Assembly (NCBI GenBank): GCA_037481835.1
Contig: JBBFKW010000014.1
Span: forward strand, 32,001-96,000
Reading direction: 5' to 3'
Source of the DNA: Desulfosoma sp.
Lineage (GTDB): Bacteria > Desulfobacterota > Syntrophobacteria > Syntrophobacterales > DSM-9756
Length of the DNA: 64,000 bases
Shown here: in pieces, positions 9,297 to 18,005 of the stretch
Numbering within the stretch: the stretch's first letter is position 1
Layout of the letters: each line of letters opens with the position of its first letter
Made by a program: the position numbers and the translations under genes
The notes under the pieces: model-generated
The model's input: the letters and a program-made list of their open reading frames with translations, nothing else
Told to the model about the DNA's origin: nothing
The model's database searches: none

Positions 9297-10472
9297 ATGA
9301 GCGAACTGACCGAACGGTTGATCCTCAACGTGGGGCCGCAGCACCCCAGCACTCACGGGGTCTTGCGCGTGGTGGTGGAGCTGGAAGGGGAAGTCATTGT
9401 GCGGTGCACGCCGGACATCGGCTATCTCCACCGGGGCATCGAAAAACTCATGGAGTCCAAAACCTACCACCAGTGCCTCCCTTTGACCGACCGAATCGAC
9501 TACCTGGCGGGGTCGGCCAACAACCTGGGCTTCGTCCTGGCCGTGGAAAAACTGCTGGGGATCGAGGTGCCGCCTCGAGCCCGTTATCTGCGGGTCATCA
9601 TTGCGGAAATGACGCGGATTTCCAGCCATCTTTTCTGGCTTGCCACCCACGCCCACGATCTGGGGGCCATGACGCCGCTCTTCTACACCTTCCGGGAGCG
9701 CGAGCAGCTCATGGACCTCTTTGAAGCCGTGGCCGGCGGTCGCCTCTTTCCGTGCTACTTCCGCATCGGCGGGGTGGCCCGCGATGTCCCCGACGGATGG
9801 ACCGAGGCGGTTCGCCAATTCTGCCGCACGTTCCCTCAAAAGATGAAGGACTACGAGACGCTTCTCACCAAGAACCCCATCTGGATCAAGCGAACCAAGG
9901 GGGTCGGGGTGCTCACCGTGGACGAGGTGTTGGACTACGGGCTGAGCGGCCCGGTGGCGCGGGGATCGGGGATCGCCTGGGACGTTCGGCGCGCCGACCC
10001 CTACTGCGGCTACGACGAGTTCGATTTTATCGTTCCGACGGGAGAAAACGGCGACACCTACGACCGGTATCTGGTCCGACTGGAGGAGATGCGCCAGAGC
10101 GCCCGGATCATCGAGCAGGCCTTGGATCGGCTCCCATCAGGGGACATCGTCGTGGACGACCCCACCGTGGCCTATCCGCCGAAGGCGGACGTCTTTACGA
10201 AGATCGAATCCCTGATCCAGCACTTTTTGCTCGTGGAAGAAGGCATTCGTCCTCCCAAAGGTGAGGTCTTCCACCATACGGAAGCCCCCAAAGGGGAGTT
10301 GGGCTTTTACATCGTCAGCGACGGCTCATCCCACCCGTTTCGGGTGAAGGTGCGCACGCCCAGTTTCGTGAATTTGCAGGTGTTGAGCAAGATGGCTGAA
10401 GGCAGGCTTTTGGCGGATCTCATCGCCCTCATCGGAACCATTGATATCGTGCTTGCGGACGTGGATCGATAG
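9297..10472 (+). CDS. nuoD: NADH-quinone oxidoreductase subunit D
   Basis: NVGPQHPSTHGVLR, GYLHRGIEK, EAPKGELG and C-terminal DIVLADVDR; no NiFe CxxC pairs. Confidence 0.97.
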   Translation: MSELTERLILNVGPQHPSTHGVLRVVVELEGEVIVRCTPDIGYLHRGIEKLMESKTYHQCLPLTDRIDYLAGSANNLGFVLAVEKLLGIEVPPRARYLRVIIAEMTRISSHLFWLATHAHDLGAMTPLFYTFREREQLMDLFEAVAGGRLFPCYFRIGGVARDVPDGWTEAVRQFCRTFPQKMKDYETLLTKNPIWIKRTKGVGVLTVDEVLDYGLSGPVARGSGIAWDVRRADPYCGYDEFDFIVPTGENGDTYDRYLVRLEEMRQSARIIEQALDRLPSGDIVVDDPTVAYPPKADVFTKIESLIQHFLLVEEGIRPPKGEVFHHTEAPKGELGFYIVSDGSSHPFRVKVRTPSFVNLQVLSKMAEGRLLADLIALIGTIDIVLADVDR

Positions 10473-10474
10473 CG

Positions 10475-13159
10475 ATGATCACAGTGACCATCAACGGCAG
10501 AGCCCTGGAAGCCCAACCGGGCATGACCATCATGGAAGTGGCGGACAAGAACGGGATTTACATCCCCAGGCTGTGCTACCACAAGGCGCTCAGCCCCATC
10601 GGGGCGTGCCGCATCTGCGTGGTGGAAGTCAAGCCCGGCCCGCCGCGGCCCGTGCCCGCCTGCACCACGCCCGTAACGGACAAGATGGAAGTGACCACCG
10701 AATCGGAGCGACTCACCCATTACCGCCGTGAGCTGCTCCAGCTGCTGCTCATCAACCACCCTTTGGATTGTCCCATCTGCGACAAGGGAGGGGAGTGCGA
10801 GCTGCAGAACCTGACGCGAGCCCTCAAAATCAAGGAACAGCCGTACAAGGCCGCTCGACTGACGCCGCGCTACGATGCCCAATCGCCGCTCATCGAGCGC
10901 TACCCGGACCGGTGCGTCAATTGCGAACGGTGCGTTCGCGTGTGCCGTGACCGAGTGGGGGCGGCGGCCCTGTATTTTGACAACCGGGGCTACCGCACGG
11001 CGGTGACCGCCGGCGGGCCCGTCATGGACTGCGAATTCTGCGGTTCCTGCATCGGCGTGTGTCCGGTGGGGGCCATCATCGATAAGACGTTCAAGTACAG
11101 CGCCCGGGCCTGGCAGTTGGAAAAGGACACGGCCGTGTGCCCGTATTGCGGCGGCGGCTGCCATCTCGTCCTGAACCTGAAAAACGGCCGACTGAAAAGA
11201 GTCACCACGTCCTTCCAGGAACCCGTCAACGGCGGGATCATCTGCAGCCGAGGCCGCTTTGGGTTGAACATCGTCCAGGAAGAGAGGCGGTTGAAAGAGC
11301 CCTTGGTCCGCAAGGACGGACGGCTGACGCCCGTATCCTGGGACGAGGCCTTGGATTTCGCCGCCACACGGCTTCGAGAAATTCTTTCCCGATTCGGCCC
11401 CAAGGCCGTGGCCGGGCTGGGATCGGCCCGCACGACCAACGAAAGCAACTACGTCTTTCAGAAGTTTTGCCGGGCCGTCTTGGGTACCCCGCACGTGGAT
11501 GCCACCACGAGCCTGGATCACCAGCGCATGATCCATGCCCTGGTGGATGTTTTGGGCCGTCCCAAGGTGACTTACGGAAACGAAAGGGAAAGCCTGCCCC
11601 GGATCATACGCGGGGTGTCCGGGTTCCAGCTCGCCTTGGGCACCTATGACGATCTGAACAAGGCCGACACCGTTTTGGTGCTCGGATCGGACGTGAAAAA
11701 GGAAATGCCGCCCCTGGTGTGGCGGGTCAACGAAGCGCAAAAAGACAAGCGGCTCCGGGATCTTCTCATCATCAGCTCGCGCCGGACCCGGTTTCGTTCC
11801 GCCGCGCAATGGAACGCCTATTGCCGCCCGGGAAGCCCGGGTTTCGTGGTCCTCGGCATTTTGAAAGCCCTTTTTGAAACCGGAGGCCAGCGGCTCCGCG
11901 ACTTGGGGGATTTCCGCCGAGAAGGGCTGCTCAGGAGGCGCCTGGACGCAACGGATTGGGCCCTGGTGGAAGAGACGACCGGGCTCGACCGAAAAGACAT
12001 GACCTACGCCGCCGAAAAGCTCCTGGCCGCCGAAAGGCCTTCTCTGATCATCGGCTACGATGTGGCGGGCCTTGCCGACGGATACGGCGCCATGTGCTAC
12101 GTGGCGGACCTCCTGCTGGTGCTCGGAAGAAAACTGCGGCTCCACCTCACGGCGGAAAAGGCCAACACCCAAGGATGTTCGGACATGGGGGTGAGCCCGT
12201 TTTGGCTTCCGGGCTACATCCCCTTCGACGAGGCGCACGTCGTGGAAAAGCTCTGGGGGCGACCTTTCCCCAAAGAAGCGGGACTTCCCTTGGGGCGGAT
12301 TCTCCAGGCGGCGGCCGACGGAGGGCCGGAAGCCCACAAAGCGCTTCTGCTCGTGGGCACGGACCTCCTGGGGACCCATTATCCCCGGTCGGTGGTGGAA
12401 AGAGCCCTTCAGAACGTGGATTTTCTCCTGTGCCAGGAAGTTTTCCTCAACGAAACGGCGGCTCGGGCCCACGTGGTTTTCCCGGCGAAAACGGCCGTGG
12501 AAAGCCAGGGGACCCTTACCAGCGGCGAACTTCGGGTGCAGAAGCAAAAGGCGCGGAGCTTCGTTGACGGGCCGTGGGATGACTGGAAGATCGTCCAGGA
12601 GTTGGCCCGGAGGCTGGGCGTGGACATGGGATACGCTTGTGCGGAAGATATTTTCAAGGAAATCTGCACCCTCTTTCCCCATTACGATCAGTATGCCTTT
12701 TCCCAAATCCCCCATGAGGGGTTCTGGTGGAACCGGATGTACCGGGCCAAGTACGGATCGGCCGGGTGGCGCCGGGTGCTGGATCCGGCGTTGGAGGCGG
12801 TGATCCCGTGGTTGGAACTGCCGGCCCAACCCTCGGAGGCCTTTCCTCTGCTGTTGTTTGTGAGCCGATCCCTGTTTCAGTCCGGGACCTACGGCCGATA
12901 CGGGATTGGAGCGCGAACCCTGGAACCCCAAGGCGGGGTGTGGATGAGCCCGGAAGATGCCGAAAAGCTGGGCATGGGAGAGGGTCAACCGGTGGTGCTA
13001 ACGACGGCCTACGGGACGCTTGAGGCACAGGTCGGCATCGATCGGCGTGTGCCTCAAGGGGTCGTGCAGGCATCGACCCATTTTGAAGACCTGCCCATCG
13101 GGCGGGTGACGGACGGCAGTGTGCTCGTTCCCGTGCGCGTGGATAAAGCGGTGTCTTAG
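10475..13159 (+). CDS. nuoG: NADH-quinone oxidoreductase subunit G (long, molybdopterin-oxidoreductase scaffold)
   Basis: CYH..GACRIC..C, HPLDCPICDKGGEC, CVNCERCVRVC, CEFCGSCIGVCP and CPYCGGGC; position between nuoD and nuoH. Confidence 0.88.
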   Translation: MITVTINGRALEAQPGMTIMEVADKNGIYIPRLCYHKALSPIGACRICVVEVKPGPPRPVPACTTPVTDKMEVTTESERLTHYRRELLQLLLINHPLDCPICDKGGECELQNLTRALKIKEQPYKAARLTPRYDAQSPLIERYPDRCVNCERCVRVCRDRVGAAALYFDNRGYRTAVTAGGPVMDCEFCGSCIGVCPVGAIIDKTFKYSARAWQLEKDTAVCPYCGGGCHLVLNLKNGRLKRVTTSFQEPVNGGIICSRGRFGLNIVQEERRLKEPLVRKDGRLTPVSWDEALDFAATRLREILSRFGPKAVAGLGSARTTNESNYVFQKFCRAVLGTPHVDATTSLDHQRMIHALVDVLGRPKVTYGNERESLPRIIRGVSGFQLALGTYDDLNKADTVLVLGSDVKKEMPPLVWRVNEAQKDKRLRDLLIISSRRTRFRSAAQWNAYCRPGSPGFVVLGILKALFETGGQRLRDLGDFRREGLLRRRLDATDWALVEETTGLDRKDMTYAAEKLLAAERPSLIIGYDVAGLADGYGAMCYVADLLLVLGRKLRLHLTAEKANTQGCSDMGVSPFWLPGYIPFDEAHVVEKLWGRPFPKEAGLPLGRILQAAADGGPEAHKALLLVGTDLLGTHYPRSVVERALQNVDFLLCQEVFLNETAARAHVVFPAKTAVESQGTLTSGELRVQKQKARSFVDGPWDDWKIVQELARRLGVDMGYACAEDIFKEICTLFPHYDQYAFSQIPHEGFWWNRMYRAKYGSAGWRRVLDPALEAVIPWLELPAQPSEAFPLLLFVSRSLFQSGTYGRYGIGARTLEPQGGVWMSPEDAEKLGMGEGQPVVLTTAYGTLEAQVGIDRRVPQGVVQASTHFEDLPIGRVTDGSVLVPVRVDKAVS

Positions 13160-13275
13160 GAACTCCATCGCGATACGGGCGGGCGGTACGGGCCCGGGGC
13201 GGCATGCCGGCGGCGTCAATGTGGGACGGACAAAGCCGGGCGACGCCCTGCATGCGTGGTGAAAGGCTGGGCACA

Positions 13276-14304
13276 ATGGATTGGATCGTCTACGGGGTTT
13301 TGACCCTCGCAAAAACGGCGCTGATTCTTTTCATCCTCCTGACGGCTGTGGCCTACGCCACCCTCATGGAACGCAAGGTCCTGGGGTTCATGCAGTTGCG
13401 CCTTGGGCCCAACCGCGTGGGACCCTGGGGATTGCTGCAGCCGCTTGCCGACGGGGTGAAGCTGTTCTTCAAGGAAGACATCGCCCTGCCGGTATCCGAA
13501 CCCCGCCTCTACGCTCTGGCTCCGTGGGTCACGGCGGTGGCGGCCCTGACCCCCTTTGCGGCCATCCCCTTCGCCGACACCCTCTTTCCGGAAACCGTCA
13601 CCGTCTTCGGCCGCACGGTGGATCTTACGGTCTACGGCATCCACAGAGGGGTCATCGCCGATCTGCCGGGGGCCGTGCTCTTCATTCTGGCCATCTCCTC
13701 CCTTTCCACCTACGGGGTGGTTTTGGGCGGCTGGGCGTCGGACAATCGGTATTCTCTGCTAGGCGGGATTCGGGTGACGGCGCAGATGATCAGCTACGAA
13801 CTGTCCTTGGGCATGGCCGTGGTCGGCGTGCTCATGGTCGCCGGGTCCATGCGTTTGACGGAAATCGTGGAGGCCCAAAGCCGCCTGCCTTTCGTCGTTT
13901 ATCAGCCGCTGGGGTTCGTCCTGTTTCTTACGGCCGCCTTCGCCGAAGCCTGCCGCACGCCGTTCGACCTCATCGAATGCGAAAACGAGCTTGTGGCCGG
14001 ATACCACACGGAATACAGCTCCATGAAATTCGCCCTGTTTCAGCTGGCCGAATACGCCCATATCATCACCGTGAGCGCCGTCGCGGTGACCCTCTACCTG
14101 GGCGGCTGGCAGGGACCGTGGCTGCCGTCGGGGTTGTGGTTCGCCTTGAAAACGGCCGCCCTGGTCTTTTTCTTCATCTGGGTTCGCGCCACCTATCCTC
14201 GGGTGCGCTTCGACCAGCTCATGCATTTCGGATGGAAGGTGCTGCTGCCTTTATCCCTGGCGAACGTGGTGGCCACGGGATGCTTTCTCATGATTTGGGG
14301 CTGA
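13276..14304 (+). CDS. nuoH: NADH-quinone oxidoreductase subunit H
   Basis: ERKVLGFMQLRLGPNRVGPWGLLQPLADGVKL and RTPFDL.E.E.ELVAGYHTEYS. Confidence 0.97.
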   Translation: MDWIVYGVLTLAKTALILFILLTAVAYATLMERKVLGFMQLRLGPNRVGPWGLLQPLADGVKLFFKEDIALPVSEPRLYALAPWVTAVAALTPFAAIPFADTLFPETVTVFGRTVDLTVYGIHRGVIADLPGAVLFILAISSLSTYGVVLGGWASDNRYSLLGGIRVTAQMISYELSLGMAVVGVLMVAGSMRLTEIVEAQSRLPFVVYQPLGFVLFLTAAFAEACRTPFDLIECENELVAGYHTEYSSMKFALFQLAEYAHIITVSAVAVTLYLGGWQGPWLPSGLWFALKTAALVFFFIWVRATYPRVRFDQLMHFGWKVLLPLSLANVVATGCFLMIWG

Positions 14305-14323
14305 ACGGGTGTGAGGAGAACAC

Positions 14324-14725
14324 ATGCTGGGACCGCTCGTTAAGGGGCTTGCCAAGACCTTCGAACAGCTTTTCCGCAAGCCCATCACCATCCAGTATCC
14401 GGAAAAGAAACGGGAAGTGTCCGAAAGATTTCGGGGACATCCCAGGCTGTTGCGCGACGAGAACGGCCGGATCAAGTGCGTGGCCTGCCATCTGTGCGAG
14501 ACGGTATGCCCGTCCAAGGCCATAGCCATCGAGCCGGAAGCGGGGGAGACCATGCACGAGAAGCGGCCTCGGCGGTTCGTCGTGGATCTTGCGCGATGCA
14601 TCTTTTGCGGCTTCTGCCAGGAAGCCTGTCCCAAAGGGGCCATCATGCTGAACCGAAAATACGAGCTCGCTCAGTATGACAAGAGCGCTTTGGTCTATGA
14701 CAAGGAAAAGCTCCTTCAAGATTAG
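14324..14725 (+). CDS. nuoI: NADH-quinone oxidoreductase subunit I
   Basis: TIQYPE..RFRG; CVACHLCETVCP and CIFCGFCQEACP. Confidence 0.96.
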   Translation: MLGPLVKGLAKTFEQLFRKPITIQYPEKKREVSERFRGHPRLLRDENGRIKCVACHLCETVCPSKAIAIEPEAGETMHEKRPRRFVVDLARCIFCGFCQEACPKGAIMLNRKYELAQYDKSALVYDKEKLLQD

Positions 14726-14745
14726 GACGTGGTGAGGACCCTTCC

Positions 14746-15264
14746 ATGGAATTGTTTCTGTTCGTGGTCTTTTCCCTGATCACCCTGGTGAGCGCGGGTG
14801 CCGTGGTCTGGCATCCCCATCCCGTCAAGAGCGCGCTTTTTCTCATCGTGTCGTTTTTTGCCATGGGCGGATTGTATCTGCTCATGCAGGCGGAATTCAT
14901 CGCCTTGATGCAGGTCCTGGTCTATGCGGGCGCGGTCATGGTGTTGTTTCTCTTCGTCATCATGCTGCTCAACCTCAAGCCTCGAGGCGAGGACCGATCG
15001 GCGTTCCGAAAGCGTCTTCGATGGGCGGTCCCGTTGATTTTGGTTTTTGTGGGGGCGGCGCTGACGGCGGTCACCAGTCCGCTGGCCCGGCTGGGCCCTG
15101 CGGCGGGGCAAGGGGCGGCGTGGGTGGAAAGCCAAGGGGGAAACGTGAGGGCCGTGGGGCGAGCCCTTTTCACTCGGGCTTTTCTTCCCTTTGAAGTGAC
15201 GTCCATCGTCCTGCTGGTGGCTGTGGTGGGTGTGATCGTCTTGGCCAAGAAGGAGCGCCGTTGA
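14746..15264 (+). CDS. nuoJ: NADH-quinone oxidoreductase subunit J
   Basis: AEFIALMQVLVYAGAVMVLFLFVIMLL; LPFEVTSIVLL. Confidence 0.95.
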   Translation: MELFLFVVFSLITLVSAGAVVWHPHPVKSALFLIVSFFAMGGLYLLMQAEFIALMQVLVYAGAVMVLFLFVIMLLNLKPRGEDRSAFRKRLRWAVPLILVFVGAALTAVTSPLARLGPAAGQGAAWVESQGGNVRAVGRALFTRAFLPFEVTSIVLLVAVVGVIVLAKKERR

Positions 15265-15297
15265 AAGGGATTGGGGACGGGCTGGGAGTGCGGGGGT

Positions 15298-15475
15298 GTT
15301 GGGGTTCGCTTTGCTCGCCCCAACCTACGGTTGGTTTTGATGGTGGCGTTGGGGTTCGCTTTGCTCACCCCAACCTACGGTTGGCTTTGATGCTGGCGTT
15401 GGGGTTCGCTTTGCTCACCCCAACCTACGGTTGGTTTTGATGGTGGCGTTGGGGTTCGCTTTGATCATTCCAACC
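15298..15475. repeat. Tandem array of a 50-bp REP-containing unit (about 3.6 copies)
   Basis: Unit GTTGGGGTTCGCTTTGCTCACCCCAACCTACGGTTGGTTTTGATGGTGGC starting at 15298, 15348, 15398 and 15448 (partial). Confidence 0.92.
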
Positions 15476-15525
15476 CCCATTGTTCGTTGTCTCGCCGGGG
15501 CGAGATGCCGGTCGCGGCGGGAGAC

Positions 15526-15556
15526 GTAGGTTGGGGTGAGCGCAGCGAACCCCAAC
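15526..15556 (+). repeat. GTAG-type REP, inverted relative to the array
   Basis: GTAGGTTGGGGTGAGCGCAGCGAACCCCAAC. Confidence 0.85.
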
Positions 15557-15730
15557 GAGAATGTGAGTCGGGCATAGGGAAGCGAACCCCAAAAAACATC
15601 CTGGAAGGATCACCGCTCCGCGGGATCCTGTGAAGGGGGGACGGCGGGGCGCGCGGCCTTTGGGCAAAAGGCGCGGTGGGACACGACCGCCGCGGAAGCC
15701 GGCGAGTCCCGGACAAAGAAAGGGTAGGGC

Positions 15731-16036
15731 ATGGCGGTTCCGGTTCATTACTACATCATCGTGAGTGCCTTGCTGTTTGCCGTCGGGGTGTTGGGGGTTC
15801 TCACCCGGCGCAACGCCATCGTCATTTTCATGTCCATTGAATTGATGCTCAATGCGGGCAACCTGAGCTTTGTCGCCTTTTCCAAGGCCTTGGAAGGCTT
15901 GGACGGGCAACTGTTCGTGTTCTTTGTCATGGTGGTGGCCGCCGCGGAAGTCACCGTGGGCTTGGCCATCATTGTCACCCTTTACCGGAACTGGAAGACG
16001 ATTTTCGTGGACGAAGTCCGGCTTCTCAAAGGCTGA
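15731..16036 (+). CDS. nuoK: NADH-quinone oxidoreductase subunit K
   Basis: [37 protein letters not shown]. Confidence 0.96.
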   Translation: MAVPVHYYIIVSALLFAVGVLGVLTRRNAIVIFMSIELMLNAGNLSFVAFSKALEGLDGQLFVFFVMVVAAAEVTVGLAIIVTLYRNWKTIFVDEVRLLKG

Positions 16037-16058
16037 GCGCGGAAAAGAAGAGGTCGCT

Positions 16059-17978
16059 ATGGAGACAGCATGGGTCATTCCGGCCTTGCCCTTCGCCGGG
16101 TTTCTCATCAACGGCCTGTGGGGACGGCGTCTGGCCAAAAAATTCGTGGGTTGGATCGCCTGCGGGGCCATGGGCTTGGCCTTTCTTTCGGCCTTGAGGC
16201 TCTTTTGGATTCTGCTTCAGGAAGCGCCCTCCCTTCGGTTTTGGGAGCCCGTCTATTACACGTGGATCCGGGTGGGGGATTTCCACGCCGATGTGTCCTT
16301 TCTCATCGACCCCTTGAGCATGGTCATGATCTTGGTGGTGACCGGCGTGGGGTTTCTCATCCACGTATATTCCGTGGGCTACATGCACGAGGATCCCGGC
16401 TACGCGAGGTATTTCGCCTACCTGAACCTTTTTGCATCGGCCATGCTTGTGCTCGTCATGGCCAACAACCTGCTCCTCATGTTTGTGGGGTGGGAAGGGG
16501 TGGGCTTGTGTTCCTATCTGCTCATCGGCTTTTGGTATGAAAAGCGCTCGGCGAGCGATGCCGGAAAAAAGGCCTTCATCGTCAACCGGATCGGCGATTT
16601 CGGGTTTCTCTTGGGCATCTTTCTCACCTTTTGGACCTTCGGGTCGCTGAATTTCCGGGAAATCTTCCAAGCCGCCGTCGCGGGGTTTTCGGCGGGCGAT
16701 GCGGTCCTCGCGGGGATCACGCTGCTCTTGTTTGTCGGCGCCATGGGCAAATCCGCCCAGATCCCGCTCTATGTCTGGCTTCCCGACGCCATGGAAGGTC
16801 CGACGCCCGTCTCGGCCCTTATCCATGCGGCCACCATGGTCACCGCGGGGGTGTACATGGTCGCCCGGTGCAGCGTTCTTTATGCGCTGGCGCCGTTTTC
16901 CATGGGCTTTGTGGCCATGATCGGGTGCACGACGGCCGTCTTTGCGGCGTCCATCGGGTTGGTGCAAAACGACATCAAGAGGGTGCTCGCCTATTCCACG
17001 GTCAGCCAGCTCGGCTACATGTTCTTGGGATGCGGCGTCGGGGCTTTTGTGGCCGGCATCTTCCACCTCATGACCCATGCCTTCTTCAAGGCGCTACTGT
17101 TTCTCGGGGCCGGCAGTGTCATTCATGCCCTTTCCGGGGAGCAGGACATTCAGCGCATGGGAGGCCTGCGCGCCAAACTGCCGGTGACTTTTGCCACCTT
17201 TTTGATGGGTTCCCTGGCCATTGCGGGGATCTTTCCCTTCGCCGGCTTTTTCAGCAAGGATGAAATCCTCTTCGAAACCCTCATGAGCGGCCACGGGGTC
17301 CTGTACGCGCTGGCCCTGGGCGGCGCGGCGCTCACGGCCTTTTACATGTTCCGGCTGGTTTTTCTCACCTTCTTCGGCGAAAGCCGCTTGGATCCCCATG
17401 CGGCCCACCATGTTCATGAAGCCCCCAAGACCATGGCCGTCCCCTTGATGATTCTGGCCGCTTTGTCCCTGACAGGCGGCTGGATTCAACTGCCCGGAAT
17501 CGAAGGCGGGCGGGTCTTCGGCCGGTTCCTGGAGCCCGTCTTTCACGAGGCGACCGCAATCCTGGGGCATCACGGCGCCGCCCATCCGCCGCTGTGGCTG
17601 GAAGGGGCGCTCATGGGTGTCTCCGTCGCTGTGGCTCTGGCGGGCATTTTTGCGGCCTACCGCTGGTACATCAAGGATCCCCAGCGGCCGGTGCGCATGG
17701 CTCAAAGGTTTTCTCGGGCTTACCGATGGCTGTTCCACAAATACTACGTGGATGAACTCTACCAGGCGGCCATCGTCGATCCGCTCAAGCAGGCGGCCGA
17801 AACGACGCACCAGTGGGTGGACCGGCGCCTCATCGACGGCGCCGTGGACGGCACGGGATCGGTATTCCGCAGCCTGAGCGGGGCGGTTCGCCGGATTCAG
17901 ACGGGGCTTGTGCACCATTACGCGCTTTCGGTGCTGGCCGGAGCGTGCCTGCTCGTTCTGTTCGTCATGGCGCTTTGA
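16059..17978 (+). CDS. nuoL: NADH-quinone oxidoreductase subunit L
   Basis: GWEGVGLCSYLLIGFW, KAFIVNRIGD, WLPDAMEGPTPVSALIHAATMV, HAFFKALLFL. Confidence 0.97.
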   Translation: METAWVIPALPFAGFLINGLWGRRLAKKFVGWIACGAMGLAFLSALRLFWILLQEAPSLRFWEPVYYTWIRVGDFHADVSFLIDPLSMVMILVVTGVGFLIHVYSVGYMHEDPGYARYFAYLNLFASAMLVLVMANNLLLMFVGWEGVGLCSYLLIGFWYEKRSASDAGKKAFIVNRIGDFGFLLGIFLTFWTFGSLNFREIFQAAVAGFSAGDAVLAGITLLLFVGAMGKSAQIPLYVWLPDAMEGPTPVSALIHAATMVTAGVYMVARCSVLYALAPFSMGFVAMIGCTTAVFAASIGLVQNDIKRVLAYSTVSQLGYMFLGCGVGAFVAGIFHLMTHAFFKALLFLGAGSVIHALSGEQDIQRMGGLRAKLPVTFATFLMGSLAIAGIFPFAGFFSKDEILFETLMSGHGVLYALALGGAALTAFYMFRLVFLTFFGESRLDPHAAHHVHEAPKTMAVPLMILAALSLTGGWIQLPGIEGGRVFGRFLEPVFHEATAILGHHGAAHPPLWLEGALMGVSVAVALAGIFAAYRWYIKDPQRPVRMAQRFSRAYRWLFHKYYVDELYQAAIVDPLKQAAETTHQWVDRRLIDGAVDGTGSVFRSLSGAVRRIQTGLVHHYALSVLAGACLLVLFVMAL

Positions 17979-18005
17979 GAGAACGTGCCTCGATAGAAGG
18001 ATGGC

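Noticed and set aside
8272..10472. Group 4 NiFe hydrogenase
   Set aside because: The large subunit lacks both CxxC Ni-binding motifs and has NuoD quinone-site motifs.
10307..12988. 893-aa antisense ORF (likewise 6436-8022, 17094-18962, 31918-33840, 40917-43115, 54383-56593)
   Set aside because: Shadow ORFs opposite well-supported genes, expected with high-GC codon bias; no recognisable motifs.
10475..13159. Formate dehydrogenase alpha subunit
   Set aside because: No Cys/Sec-His at the active-site position and no in-frame TGA; operon position fits nuoG.
15298..15475. CRISPR array
   Set aside because: The intervening 19-bp segments are near-identical rather than unique spacers, no cas genes are present, and the unit matches dispersed REPs.
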